Counted from the whole stretch's first letter, positions 1 through 12,839 are shown. The stretch is DNA of 63,267 bases, filler included, from Rhabdomonas costata (GCA_019059605.1; 15 parts of 15 records of this genome joined end to end with filler, not necessarily neighbours in it), one strand, 5' to 3'. Notes: a model not told the origin generated them from the sequence alone. Made by a program: numbers and translations.

Positions 1-69
1 GTGTGGGTGTGAACGAAAGGGCCAAAAATGCCACGGAAGAAAAACTGATGAGGCTACGTGAGGCACTCT

Positions 70-265
70 ACCGCTCCATATACGAATCCCTGAACGTGCA
101 ACCCGGTTCCTCTATAACGGGCTGCCTGTAAGATAACAGCACTTGAGTGTCACAACGGAAAAAGACCCGGCAACGAGGAACTGAACACGGAGTTGTTCAA
201 GGCAGTGCTTCAGGCATAAGATACCCTCGAGGATCCAAAATAGCGAAAGGAATATGACGCGCGAC
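70..265 (+). pseudogene. Degenerate DnaJ/J-domain
   Basis: SIYESLNVQPGSS (frameshift) RAACKITALECHNGKRPGNEELNTELFKAVLQA*DTLEDPK*RKEYDARR matches the J-domain pattern YEVLGV...A.K.LAL..HPDK.PGN...FK.V..AY..L.DP..RK.YD. HPD is changed to HNG and there are two in-frame stops. Confidence 0.7.
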
Positions 266-857
266 GGACCGCATCGACTAGGGCTAAAACAGAACGAAGC
301 CCAGCAGCCGCCGAACCAGGCAGTTTCCCGGTGTACACCTGGAGTAGACGGTATGGTGGGGACCCGTGGGAACATGAACTCGAGTAAATGCACATCCGAC
401 AGGAAAGAAAGTTCCTGGGAATTTACGAAAACCCCTCACAGTTGGGGAAGTGCTGGATAATTAAACCAGTCGGAGCCCGAGCGAATTTCCGAGGCTATTA
501 CTTCGCAATAAGACGCCCCTGTTCCGCCGTGGTGCAGCTCGAGACCGATATCGTAGCGGTCAGTCTTGCCCTGAACGGAGTAGTGTTTGCCACCGACGCG
601 GCGGCAAGGCGAGTACACGCGGCTTTGCAGAAAAAGAAAGGATCTCAAGGTATGATTCCGCAGCCAAAAGCGAGAAGGAGGGATGGAGTGACGATGAAAG
701 TGAGGAGAAAAGTAGAGGGAGGGGATGGGGAGCGACACACACACAACTTCGCGCAGTGACCACGGGCACCGGTACAAACCAACCTTTCCAATGTTATTGG
801 ATTTGACAACGCGTCAGGGTAGCTGTGTCATGCGGGAAAAACCAAAAACTAAAAACC

Positions 858-905
858 AAAGAAAAAGAAAAAGAAAAAGAAAAAGAAAAAGAAAAAGAAA
901 AAAGA
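858..905 (+). repeat. (GAAAAA)n microsatellite
   Basis: About 8 tandem copies are directly visible. Confidence 0.95.
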
Positions 906-1401
906 ACCTCGCTGGAATCCCCCACCATCTCTAGCGAACCATGGCGGCGCAGCCGCAAAAAAAACTGCCCGTAAAAAGCAAGACAACCCCCCGTAACTGC
1001 ACTTGATAATAAGCACCGCCATTCTATCGGAATGAGGAATGTGTCAGCAGCGAGAAAGGTGGGAGGGGTCTTTACCCCAGGGGCCCTCCACAAGGTCAGC
1101 TATGACCAGAAAGAAGAGGCAACCAAGCCCAACCCCAGGGCCTCCTCCGGTGAAGGAGGATAGGCCAAAAGCCGAAAATGGGGACAGCACCCTCCAAAAA
1201 CCAAAATCGCCATTCGAAGGAAGCACTGCCAGAGAGATTGCAACAGGAACGGGAGCGAGCGAGAGAGACATGGAACGATGGAAAGAGGGCTAGGAGCCGA
1301 GAGCAGAGAAGGCGTAGTGGAAAGATGGTGGCGACGATCAAATGACGGAGCATCCATGAAGAACAGAGACGCAGAGCAGGAGAGGCCGACCGCATGAAAG
1401 A

Positions 1402-2090
1402 GACCCCCGACACTCCCAGTGGCGGGGCATGAAAGCCGCAACCGAAAGGAGGTGGAAGACGAGCACGCGTGCCCCAGGAGTGCGATGCTGGCACGGGTTT
1501 ATATGCAAGTTCCAACGGTGTACCTTTGCGAGGGAGGAGCACCTAGAACAGACCCGCGCAGAGACGGACCCAGTGCGCAGAAGCACAAGCGGACCATCGA
1601 GCATCGCAAGAAATCAAAGCCCTTATGCTAGGGCCAACGGGAAGCAAAAGCATTCGCACACGCACCGTGACAAAGAGCCAGCGCAGCCTCGAGGTACCGG
1701 AGGCTTAGCGGGAGAGGTCAGGAACAGCCCGCACCGCAAAGACAAAGCGAAGTGCTGGCACGGCGACGCCTGCAGATACCGGTGCTGCCCGTTCACCCAT
1801 CCGAAAGAAAAGCTTCAAGAGCCTTTCCTGCGAGAAAAGACCCCAGTTCCCCAAGGAAGGAGGGTGGAATTGCAGAGACCGGAGCTGTAAAAAAGCAGCT
1901 GCGCGACAAGGGCCCGGGACCCGTGGGGCAGAAGGGATGTTACCAGATGTGGTAAGCCGTTTTCGGGTCGCGGCGGTTTTCGCTAACACGGCACTTCTCG
2001 CGAGCACCTTTAGCCAACAGCGGGAGCGCCAGTCAGTCCACAGTTGTCGCCCACAACCAGTCAACCATGCAAGGGCAAGCGCGCTATGCC
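1402..2090 (+). mobile_element. Dispersed repeat copy 1, a decayed ORF with two CCCH-type zinc fingers
   Basis: Aligns by eye with 7342-8085. Encodes CWHGFICKFQRCTFAR and CWHGDACRYRCCPFTH. The same frame extends from about 1039 to about 2150 with several stops. Confidence 0.75.
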
Positions 2091-2286
2091 TCCACTTAGT
2101 CACAGAAGAGACCGGACGCGCCAACAATTTACAAAAAAAAAGATCGAAAAATTCCCAAATGACGAAGGTGAATCCCGCATTATTCTTGCCCATGTTTCGA
2201 TCGGGTCGTGGCGCGTGGGCGCTCCTAAATTTAATTTATTTTTCCTCTGAAAGCCGGATCTGGATTAATTTTGATATCCGCTTTGC

Positions 2287-2319
<33 letters not shown>

Positions 2320-2344
2320 TCTCTTTCTCTTTCTCTCTCTCTCT
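2287..2344 (+). repeat. (CT)n microsatellite
   Basis: Directly visible. Confidence 0.95.
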
Positions 2345-4134
2345 GCAACATTCTACTGGAACTGGCATTTTGCATTTTTTTGGCGGTGAGCTTTAAGATG
2401 AGTTGAACCGGAGCCTTACGTTAGAAGTTTTGCTTTTCTTGCCGCTTTTTTGTATTTCCGGCAATTTTCGAAAGGTTCGATGTCGACAGTGGCCGTGTGG
2501 ACAGGTTGTGTCTGTTTCTTTTTCGTTTTTTTTGGTGTCCTTTTGGCAAATACCGCACGCCGCCACAACTGCACAAAATAGAAAGTCACCTTTTGTATTT
2601 TTAAACGGTGGGTGGTGGGAAATACAAAGGGAAATACAACGAAGGGCGCGCGCGGGAGTTAGAAAGCCTCTCATTGGAACCGTGTTGCATAATACCGCTT
2701 TGGATAAGTGGAACCGAAATATTTAAAAACAACAAGGCGAAAAACGCGGCACCGTCAGACCGCAAAAAGCCCATGTGATAAAAGGTAACTTCAAGAACAT
2801 GGAAACTGTAGCTTTTCGGTACCACCTATATGTTTCACCGCTCGTTTTTCCCAGGGACCAATTGAAAATACTGGGCTCGTCTCCACCACGTCTCAACATC
2901 AACATCAGGCCCTGTTCCCAGTGTCCAAAGAATGCGATTTTCCTAACGTCGAGTGAGGCAATAATGTATTGAAGAATGCGCAGCGAGCCGAAGGCATTCT
3001 CAAAGCGCGGCGCTTGGTGCCCGACGTCATGGGCAGAGGTCTGCAAGGCGTTCGCCCATCCAGCTGCAGTGACGGAGACGCCGCGCGGATCGTGTTCCGG
3101 GACCTGCTTCCTGTCTTTACAAACTTCACAGCGTTTAACGACAGGCCCTACGAAGGGTCCTCTTGCAATGGGGCTGCTTTTGAGGCGCCACTACTTGCAC
3201 CCATGCCAGCATCAGATGAAGCCTCGAACTCAGCACGCGCCCAGAAGTAGTCCCCAAAGCCTCCCGCGGTGACCTGGAGGAAAGAGCGCAGTAAAAATGT
3301 AATTTGCAGCCGTGTCTGACCTTAGCCTAAGCTCACATCATAGCAACACCTCTCAAGCGAGATACAGAGATCGACATTGCATATCAGCATCGAGCAACTT
3401 ACAATGCCTGGTTGTGTGGGTTCGTGTGCCGTGAGCGTTGTGATAACTTCTGCTATAAAAAACCAGAAATTCATCAGCTACTTTGACTTCGAACTTGTAC
3501 AAAATCCCTGCAGGTCCTTCATCGACAACACAACAACAAAGTCCGAAGGGAAATCTTCAAAACCAACAACCAGTCCTATGTGGCCCACATATCGCCCTAC
3601 AATCCAAGTTCAGCAAAGCGCATCGCATCGCGTCTGCTGACACGTTAAGAGGTGCGTTACGTGGGTGAACAATAAAAAGATCCCGTCCCTGCCCTTTGAT
3701 TTCGGTCTCCGTGGACTCAACTCAAATGCATGCACTGCTACCACAAAAACGCTTTTCTTCCAAAAAAACCAAATCGAGAAAATGGAGTTCGAGGATAACC
3801 TCAGCTTTGGAAGCTGGCTGGCAACCCACTCGGTAGCCCTGCTGGACAACGGACATGAACCTGGCAGCCTGACAAAGAACACACATATTGCATCACTCCA
3901 CCGCGAGCGTAAACGCTTGGAGAAACAAAAAAAGGTAAATGTTCGGTGGAAATTCCATTTTTCGTCACTTTGCCACTTCATACTTTTGCATACTTATTAC
4001 GTTTGTGATTCTTACGACACACAACGAGACAATGAGGGCGATGAAAGAGTCCGAGACTGCTAGCCGCCGGCCAACCGTCGGCCAACACACAGTGTGGAGA
4101 GGCCCTCCTGGGGCTTCCGAAGCACCCCCCAACC

Positions 4135-4234
4135 NNNNNNNNNNNNNNNNNNNNNNNNNNNNNNNNNNNNNNNNNNNNTTAATTAATTAANNNNNNNNNN
4201 NNNNNNNNNNNNNNNNNNNNNNNNNNNNNNNNNN
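4135..4234. other. Artificial contig spacer (N-run TTAATTAATTAA N-run); 13 more at about 8466, 12687, 16905, 21175, 25390, 29603, 33817, 38027, 42235, 46437, 50629, 54829, 59074
   Basis: The identical 12-mer gives stops in all six frames, is flanked by N runs and recurs about every 4.2 kb. Confidence 0.98.
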
Positions 4235-4239
4235 TTGTT

Positions 4240-4400
4240 GGTGGTGGATGTAGGGGATTTAGAGATGTAGTCTCAAACTCTCGCCAGACACGTTTTGTGA
4301 ATGGGCAATTGCACAGCTTGTGAGCTGTGCTGTTCGGAACAGGAGTGTGAACCGGGTTCGTCTCGTTCCCTTTGTGTTGCCGTTCCTCGTGTGGCCAAGA
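4240..4400 (-). mobile_element. Possible decayed non-LTR retrotransposon C-terminal zinc-binding (zf-RVT-like) fragment
   Basis: HKLCNCPFTKRVWREF resembles the H-x-x-x-x-C-P-x-x-x-x-V-W motif of L1/Tx1-type elements. No RT domain was recognised nearby. Confidence 0.3.
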
Positions 4401-4984
4401 CGATGATGAGGCCAGGCTCTGGGGGAAGTGCATTTCCGTCAGTCAAGCCATCCCTCGCGAAACGTGTTATGCCGAATTTCTTGGAAGGAAGATCATGAAG
4501 CGCTAACGTAATTGCACACACGGTTTTCACAAGAGCTTGACTTTCGTTTGCGACTGGGTTCCGATTGCCTTTGCCCTTCGTGTCTTTTCCTAATTTCCAA
4601 AGGCCGCCCCCCTTCTTTTCGAGCCCGAGCGCTTTTTCCTCTTTCGTAGACAGCAACATGGGCAACGCTCCTCCTGGGGTACGCTGTGTGCGTGAGAAAG
4701 GGCGCTGTGATATGTTATTTTGGGAGTGCTTTAGCGAAGTGGGAGGCATTTCCATGATAGCGGGCTGGCTTCACGTCGATTTCTTGGTTTTGTGTCAGAC
4801 TGCAAATGGAGTCAGCACCTGTCCGTCCCTTTCATGAGCTCCTTGCATAGCTCCTTGCAGCGACTCCTCAGCCTCACGAGCTCAGTAGCTCGTGTGGCTT
4901 CCACCGAGGGTTGCTGGCTCCGACTCCAACCTCAATGAGATGAGCAGGGGAAAGGTCGAATTGCTGTCTTTTTTCTTCCTGCAG

Positions 4985-5735
4985 ACCGCGGGCCACGGCA
5001 CGTGGTGGGTTCCCACGACCGAGGTGTGGGGCATGGAGTACACGAAGAAGGAGCAATCACGCTACAGCGGCGCGCATGACTACAGCCACCTTTTGAAGCA
5101 GCAGGTGTAGATTTGCTCGAAAGGTGAAGAGCGGTGGTGGGCTGCGAGGATGTGGGCCACCACGAGAAGGCAATCGCCAACTCAGTTAGAGAAAGAGTGC
5201 GAAAAGCGCGACGTCCTGGACAGCCTGTGGGACTGGTCTTGTAAAGTTCGAGTTCCCATCGAAAACGTCCGTTTTGCGGGAAGTTCTGGGGCAGCCGAGG
5301 GGGTCCCGCGGCGTTCGTCCGTCGCCTTTCGGTCCCATGTAATGGGCGGGTGGGATTTGAGAGACAGGTTTCCGTTTTCTTAGACGGATTTCACACCACC
5401 CAAGAAAAAGCAGAAAAACTACGTCAGGGTACCAACCCCCAAGAAAATGATTGCACTCAGTAAATCCACGTGCGCAGGAGAGAATAGTAAGTGATTTGCA
5501 CGTGGTGAGGAAAGGGTGGAGCATGGTCGCGAAACTACAGTTTCTTTGGATCCGCTCGGAAGTCTTCACGCCTTCTTTTTTTTTTCGCAACGCGACCTTG
5601 TGCGCGCAGTCGGCCCCGAGCGCGCCGGCCTACAGCGCGGGCTATGGCGGGGGATACAACATGCAGACCGCGTACCCCTCCGCGGGGTACGGGTACGGAT
5701 ACGGCGGATACAGCTATGGCGGAGGCGGCTACTAG
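4985..5735 (+). CDS. Last two exons (4985-5104, 5610-5735) of an unknown protein with a Gly/Tyr-rich C-terminal tail
   Basis: CAG|exon|GTGTAG ... GCGCAG|exon, phase 0 at both ends. Translation ...HDYSHLLKQQ|SAPSAPAYSAGYGGGYNMQTAYPSAGYGYGYGGYSYGGGGY*. Confidence 0.65.
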
Positions 5736-7341
5736 ACTTTCCCCAAACCCAATCGGCTCTCAGGTTCTGTTTCTTTTTAACGACTGGGGGCGGGGTTCTA
5801 GGCTTTCTCAAGAGCGACCGTCGTTTCTTTACCGAGGCTGAATACAGGTGTGGATTCAAATTGGAAGCACAGCTTGAACGTGGCTTCCAGCATGAAGGTG
5901 GTGTACTTACCCCGCGAAGCCGAGTGCGGCGGCGCTGTGGTAGGGCAAGCAGCACAGTTGTGCGCTTTGTGTACAAAACCGTATATGCTTGGGCTTAGCC
6001 CTGAGCCTTGTTTGCTTGGAAACAGACCTTTCTTTTTCGTGGTTTCTGCTCCGACTGTTCATCGGGCCTGCGTTTCACTTGTTGTCTGGTTCTCTGGCTA
6101 TTTCTTTTTAGGGCTGAGATTGGAGAGAAGGCGAGCATTGACCGCTTCCATCGCTACGCGAACCGATAGTATTCCGGTAAAGAGGTTTCTTTACCTGTTC
6201 CCCTTTGTGTGCATGTCCAGCTTTTCTTCTGCCCGATCGCTCTCTCCAGTTTGCTGCCCGTATTCGGCTCCGACTTTCCTGTTTCGGATGGGCCCAGACG
6301 GTCCATTCTGCTCGCAAAAGGGAACGTGCAGAGCCTGCTTTGCTTTCTTTGGATGACTGCTCCCGATCGGGTGCACTCATCCCGTTGCGCGCTGCGGCGT
6401 TTGCTTTGACTTGCTTTGTGGGACGGAGGGGGTGACAGAACCTAAGTCATAATGCGATCCAGTCTTCTGCCAGTTATCTGCGATGATTCTACCAAACCCC
6501 TCGTGAAACTAATGATGCTCATTGGTGGTGTGATGCAAAGTCATGCACTCAGAGATGACTGCAAATGTCTGCTGCCTTTTTATCTCCCACCATCTGCACA
6601 AAAAATTTCTTTGGAAACTCCGTCACTTCGTGTGCGTGGCACTCGGAAGCTGCATTGCTCTGGTGAAATTCTGCGATTTGTTTGGCGCCGCGCGGCGGCG
6701 CGCATGTGTTTTTGAACGGGCTTGATTGATGCCGTGGCACCCTGCAACCGCGTATCTATCTGCACGAAACCACCACCTGAAACACTTTAGATGCCCCTGC
6801 GCGGCCGTCGCCTGCCGCGCCTCCTTCGCTTCGCTTCATGCGCAGTGCCTTTACTTGTTCTTTCTTCCATTCTGGTTTATGACTCTGTTCGCCCGCGACC
6901 TTTGGGCTCCGCTCTGCACCTCTACCTAAGCCCTTGGCGTGGGGACTGCGTGCCCCCGACGCTCTATCCTCCTTTACTCTCTTCATCACTCTTGCTCAAC
7001 CTCTCACTGGTGCACTTGTCTGGGAGCAGTGAGTGTGCTTTCGTGCCACTTCGGAGTCTCAGCGACGATGTCCTCTTTCTGGGGTCACCAGTGCATATTA
7101 ATCATCACTCGCGGACTCGTGCAGGAAGAAAGAATTCCTGCGGGTTGGGGTCTTATCATTTTGCAGAAGACCAGTCCATAAAAAATTCTCTGTCAAAGGT
7201 CAAGTGGCAGGCTTCGCTCGTGATGCCTCCACTATGCTACAGTCCACTTCCTCTGTGGTACTGGCTTTGCTTAATAATCAGCACCGCGGTAACCTGCGTG
7301 CCAAAGTCAAGCATCACTACACACACACACACACATCTAGG

Positions 7342-8085
7342 GAGCACTCCCAGGGGCGAGACATGAAAGCCGCAGCCGAAAGCAGGTGGAAGACGAGCAC
7401 ACGTGTGCCCCAGGAGTGTGATGCTGGCATGGGATATCGTGCAAGTTCCAAGGGTGTCCGTTTGTGCACCCGAGGGAGGAGCACCTAGAACAGACCCGCG
7501 CAGAGACGAACCCAGTGCGCAGAAGTACAAGCGGACCATCGAGCTTCGCAAGAAATCAAAGCCCTTATGCCAGGGCCAACGGGAAGCCAAAGTATTCGCA
7601 GACGCACCAGGGCAAAGAGTCAGTGAGGCAGCCTCGAGGTACCAGAGGCTCAGCGGAAGAGGTCAGGAATAGCCCGTACCGCTAAGACAGAGCGAGGTGC
7701 TGGCACGGCGACGCCTGCAGATACCGGTGCTGCCCGTTCACCCATCCGAAAGAAAGCCCCAAGGGCCGTTCCCGCGAGAAAACGCCCCAGCCCCCCAAGG
7801 AAGGAGCGTGGAATCGCAGAGACCTGAGCCGCAATGGAGCAATGCAGGTAGCCGCTGGAAAAGAGCAGCTGCGCGACAATGGCCCGAGACCCGTGGGGCA
7901 GAAGGGAGGTTACCAGATGTGAAACGATTGGCAGTGAGCCGGTTCCGGTTCCCCACGGCACCGTTCGCTCCAACAGCACCTCTCGCGAGCACCCGTGGCT
8001 AACAGCGCGTGCGCCAGTCAGTCCCCAGTGGTCACCACCAACCAGTCAACCAGTCAACGAGGCAACAGCCAGCGCGCAATGCGCC
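7342..8085 (+). mobile_element. Dispersed repeat copy 2 (CCCH zinc-finger element), frameshifted
   Basis: Co-linear with 1402-2090, with a 2-nt insertion near 7402 and other indels. Confidence 0.75.
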
Positions 8086-8581
8086 CAACACACACACGTT
8101 TGCAAACAATTGTTCTGGGCACCGCGTGGCGGGAAAACATGTGAGACAGAAGCAGCTCAAAAAGAAGCAGGAAGGGAGATGCAGTTGATGTGTGTGCGTT
8201 TCGGAAGAAACCACTACCAAGACAAAACGTACAAGAACCAGCTACAGGAAGGGTGTAACCCGCTAATTCCCGATATTAGCGTTGCGGGAGCGGATAGAGA
8301 CCGTTCTCGACGGGTTTCTTGCTGTAATTTAATGGGCGTGCTCGCCGAGGGCCCTGTAACCCTTTAGCTCAGCACTGGCGACAACAAAAGATAAAAGAGC
8401 GACCGGAGGAAGACGCCTCCCCCATCATGGGTTCGCCATTTAAATAAAAGGGTTAAAAAAAACCCNNNNNNNNNNNNNNNNNNNNNNNNNNNNNNNNNNN
8501 NNNNNNNNNTTAATTAATTAANNNNNNNNNNNNNNNNNNNNNNNNNNNNNNNNNNNNNNNNNNNNGTTTTTGTGGGTACAG

Positions 8582-11500
8582 GCGTCTTTCTAAAGCGGCA
8601 CAAAGTTCCTCGCCTGGGTGACGCCAAGCAGTGGAGAGCAGACGCGGAAGTTGGTATACATCCGTGTGCTGGTGGTCCTTCTGGCCCTTTTTTTTTTTCG
8701 CGCAACAAAACCCCCAAGGGTACCCAAAACGAAAGCAAGGAAGTCGTGCTTTGCGCCCACTTCCTACTTCCTAGGGCACCACGGCGGATCCATAAGAGAA
8801 CGGGAACAGGAACGACCCGCACACTGCAAAGAAGGATGCACGTGGAATGAAAGCCGTCTTGATTATTCTTGTTGTCCTGGTCTTCGGTCTGGTGAATCAC
8901 AAAGAATATTTTTTCTTGCTATTATTTCGAGATGTTATTGCTGGAATTTGGCTTCTTCATCAGTGTGCAGCTGTATTTACATTCGAAGCCTTGCGTTTTG
9001 TTTTCTGCACAGAGCACTCCGATTTCCCGGAGAAGTTTCTCACTGTCAATGATCTGAAGGTGCGGAGATGTCATGGGGTGGTCTGGACTGAACGATGAGG
9101 GCTCTGGTTTGACGGATGGCGAAAAAAGAAGTTGTTGGCAGCTGGACAAATCGTGTGTTGCAGCACCACTTTGTAACAGGCGGTGAGATACCACGGCATT
9201 TTGTTCCCGAGGTACCGGTTGCCGATGAATGAAATGCTGCAATGATGAAATGACGAGATGCAAGCCTGGGACGAACCAGGGCCAGGCCTGAGCAGAGTGG
9301 AGCTTTTCTTTTCTTGCCCGACACTTTTCAGGTGGGCAAGGACGTTGTGATCTACGGTCGCACGTTCCACATCGTCGACGTGGATGAAGCCACACGGGTA
9401 TGCACATCGTGCAGGAATCCAACCCAAAAAAATCCGTCAGAGGACTTTCCGCGCCACCTTTTTGTTGGTTACCTAGCAGCCACTTCTGGTTGCGCGTGAA
9501 TTTGTTTGAATTAATCCTGTGGAGGCCTGGGCAGATCTGGAAGGGTTTGAATCCTCTTTCCACAAACCGGCAGAAAATCGCTAAATTGCATTTTTCATTT
9601 CTATCGCTGGGCAAGTCACTAAGGAGGTTTTGTCGCGTCCCTCCCTTTCCTTGCTTCGATACGTCCTTTTCCCGTTATCCGAGCCTGCTTGCTCTCGCAG
9701 GAGTTTCTTGAGGGGCTGGGCACGGATGTCGCTCCAGCGGTGGACTACCCCGTGGACCCCTTTATGGTGTCCCGGCAGGCACTGGACAAGCGGGGGCAGA
9801 GCACGAAAACCTTCGCCGACATGGACTTCAAGCGGTTGGGCGAAAAAAGGGGGTGGGGGTGGCTGAGTTGTGTCTCTTTTGCGCTCGTTCCCGGAATACT
9901 CACTCCAGTTTACAGCTACAGCCTGAAGGATTGTTGCTTCAAGCTGTAATGTGGCTGAGCGAGAATCCAGAACATATGAACCAACTTCGATGCAGCTTGA
10001 TCATATGCTTGTGCACCCCCGTACACAGGATCTCCGAGCAGATGGTGAAGGGCCGCACTGTGTTGAAGTACCCCACCGAAATTCGAAAGTGTGCCCATTA
10101 CCATTACTTCTGTCCCCCGTTTTTTTCAGCCCTGCGAAGGAACCCTGTGCAATCTATGGCTCTTTTTTGTGAGGATAGGAGGAGAGCGAATGGGATCGAG
10201 ATGGCCTCGCACGCCAGCAGGCGCATTCATTCTGTACCCATTCAAAATTGTTGTCGTTTGACTGCATGGCTGAAATTTGTCATTGAACCGGAAGTGGGTT
10301 AGACTTGTGGATCTTGCGAAATTGTTGGTTTCTTGTTCTTCAAGCATTCCCATTGCTTTCTTTCCCTTTGGAAGAGTCACAGTAGAGTCACACGACACGT
10401 TCCCACCCGGTTTCGCAGCACGCAAAAGTTTCTGGTCGACGACGGCATAGTGTTGTGCTTCAAGGCAGTGTGGGACGATCGCGACAGTCCTCATGGGGAT
10501 GTCCGCTTCTTTGTATGTTGGGCTTCTCACCATTCAAAGGAAGTGGAAGGTGATCGTTTTTGGCTCGCCCTGGATTGGATGCGGTGATGTTTTAGCGACG
10601 TCTAGTACAGGTTGCATTTAAGGCTGTCAGAATGTGCTGTATTCAAATCCACTCCAAGCAATGTACTTATTCATGCCTGTTTCGAGACACCCGGCGCAGA
10701 TGAAATGAGACACCGAGGATGCAACGCCACTCATTTTTCTAGAATTCATCTTGCGAATTTGTTTCAAGACTGGTTTTCCGTTTGCATCTGTTGCTTGGCT
10801 CCGTGAGTGTGCTCTCGTTGTCCCTGCACTTTTGTGCGCCCAGGACGTCCGCTATTACATTGCCGACGATACTGTGGAGGTGATTGAGAAGCTGAAGCCG
10901 AACTCGGGTATTGTGCGATTCGTAAAGAGATCGCCATTGAACAGGCTCGAGTCGAGTTCGAAAAGACCGAAATAAATGGGTTTCGATTCCATAGTAGCAA
11001 CCATGTTTGCGAGGTTTTTTCCGAAGATGGGGTCAAGTAGTGCTTTACAAAAAGTGTGGAAGAAAATGGAAGAAATCTGATTCTAAATGGTTCAAGCCAT
11101 CGAAGTCATTTAAGAGGGTGCAAATGTTACCACTGTTGAACGTATTGCAAAACCACCACACACTTCAGAAACCTAAGTGTTAAAACATCCGTTCGAAATA
11201 CAATGGTCCCGGGGGTTGTGGGTCAGGCCGCGACGCATGCCGCGCGTTCGCCAACCGGCGGAGGCTTCCAAAGGACAAGAGCACGGAGGAAACCGCGTAC
11301 AACCTGACCTTCAGCTCGCGCGTCAATGGGGGGATCCCGGAATCCGACGCGGCCAAGTACTACGCCCCGGCAGACCTTGCCATCGGAACAAGGTCACAGC
11401 CTCTTCCCCTTTCTCCCTGCTGTGTTTGTGTGTGTGTGTGTGTGTGTGTCCTCCCCAGAAAAAACTCATCCTTGCCAAGTGCACCAAGTGTGTGTACAAC

Positions 11501-12606
11501 GCCAGTTAATGGGTCTGGCCAAATGGAGGTTATGGTACGTAGCAGCGCTATCAGCCGAACAAGCTGAAATTTAACACTGGAAACGACACACAAAAAGAAG
11601 GCAAATATGTGCCTGGACTTCTACGGGTGGTGTATGACGGTCCTGTGCTGAATACCGTAGAACTTGGATTTGCACGAGTATTCACCCTGTGCCCGGAACA
11701 GAACAGTTTCCGTTCGCTTCGGATTTGGTGCGGTTTTTACAGTGTGAACGTCTACGGGAGGGACCTGGTTCTGGTGGACTGCGATCTGTTCACCCGGCGG
11801 TACTACAGCGCTCGACTGGGGATTGACCTGGACGCGCCTATCGACCCCGAGCAGGCTCTGGGACTCACCCGTGCCCCACCCCCCTCAAAGGTTGTGATGT
11901 TTACAAAATTGACATTTCCAGATTGATCGATAGAGCGACAGGTGTTTGGTTCCATGTATGTGATGTATGCCGGTGATCTGTGCCAATCTCCGCCCGCCCG
12001 CAATGCCGTTCCTGGTTGCCGCATCTGAACTTGCGGGAAACATGCAGGTGACTGTTGCTACCAATGGACGCGCGACATCGATGAGCTGGGCGTTGGAAGG
12101 GAAACGAAAGGGCAAAAGGTTACGTTGGGGCAAAATTGCGGTTGGATGCGGGTGGTCGTGGGTTTCTTTGGGATTCTGCGCTGGCTTTTGTCTTCAGAAG
12201 CCCCCTCCTCACAACGGCTTTGGGACGGAAGAGGACTCCCTGGGTTTGCGATTCTCTGCATTCTCCCTTCGCTTGGATACGTATTTCATATTGTCTTTTT
12301 TTGGTTTCCACTGAGAAGGGGGTCATGAGTGGCTGTAGCAGCCGTCTTCTCCGTTGAACTGTGACCGCTACCATTTCTCTTCCGTCATCACGCTTGACTT
12401 TCATGTGCAATACTGACATTAGGCTATGATAATCTGTTCCGCTTGCTCGCGTCTTTTCCGCTGTACGGTTGTTTGTTCGTTTGCGAGAAAGAGAGAGACG
12501 AAGGGAGGCGGGGGCGTGGACCCGCAGGGAACTGGCGCAACCTGGTTCTGCGTGCACCAAAGAAGGACATGAAGAAGTGGATGGCTTACAGCACCAAGCT
12601 TCTGAG
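8582..12606 (+). CDS. EFHC1: EFHC1/EFHC2 (Rib72-like) DM10-domain axonemal protein, internal part; exons 8582-8653, 9013-9059, 9332-9397, 9701-9834, 10029-10088, 10419-10512, 10844-10907, 11227-11392, 11743-11890, 12198-12243, 12528-12606
   Basis: All introns are GT-AG with consistent phases. DM10 motifs: VGKDVVIYGRTFHIVDVDEATREFL, VLCFKAVWDD, YYIADDTVEVIEKLKPNSGRD, VNVYGRDLVLVDCDLFTRRYY, PPPHNGFGTEEDSLG, PKKDMKKW. EFHC1 versus EFHC2 is not resolved. Confidence 0.9.
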
Positions 12607-12839
12607 GTTTGCGTACCCCTGCTCCCCAAGAACTTCCGGTGACGTTTTCCGAACTCCCGGAGATTGTAATTTCCCTCGGGTATTTCNNNNNNNNNNNNNN
12701 NNNNNNNNNNNNNNNNNNNNNNNNNNNNNNTTAATTAATTAANNNNNNNNNNNNNNNNNNNNNNNNNNNNNNNNNNNNNNNNNNNNGTGTTGGGTGTGGT
12801 TGGTTGGGTTGTGCATGACGACCTGATTCTCGATACCTT

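Noticed and set aside
725-934. ORF with KRKRKR repeats resembling a nuclear localisation signal
   Set aside because: It is a translation of the (GAAAAA)n microsatellite.
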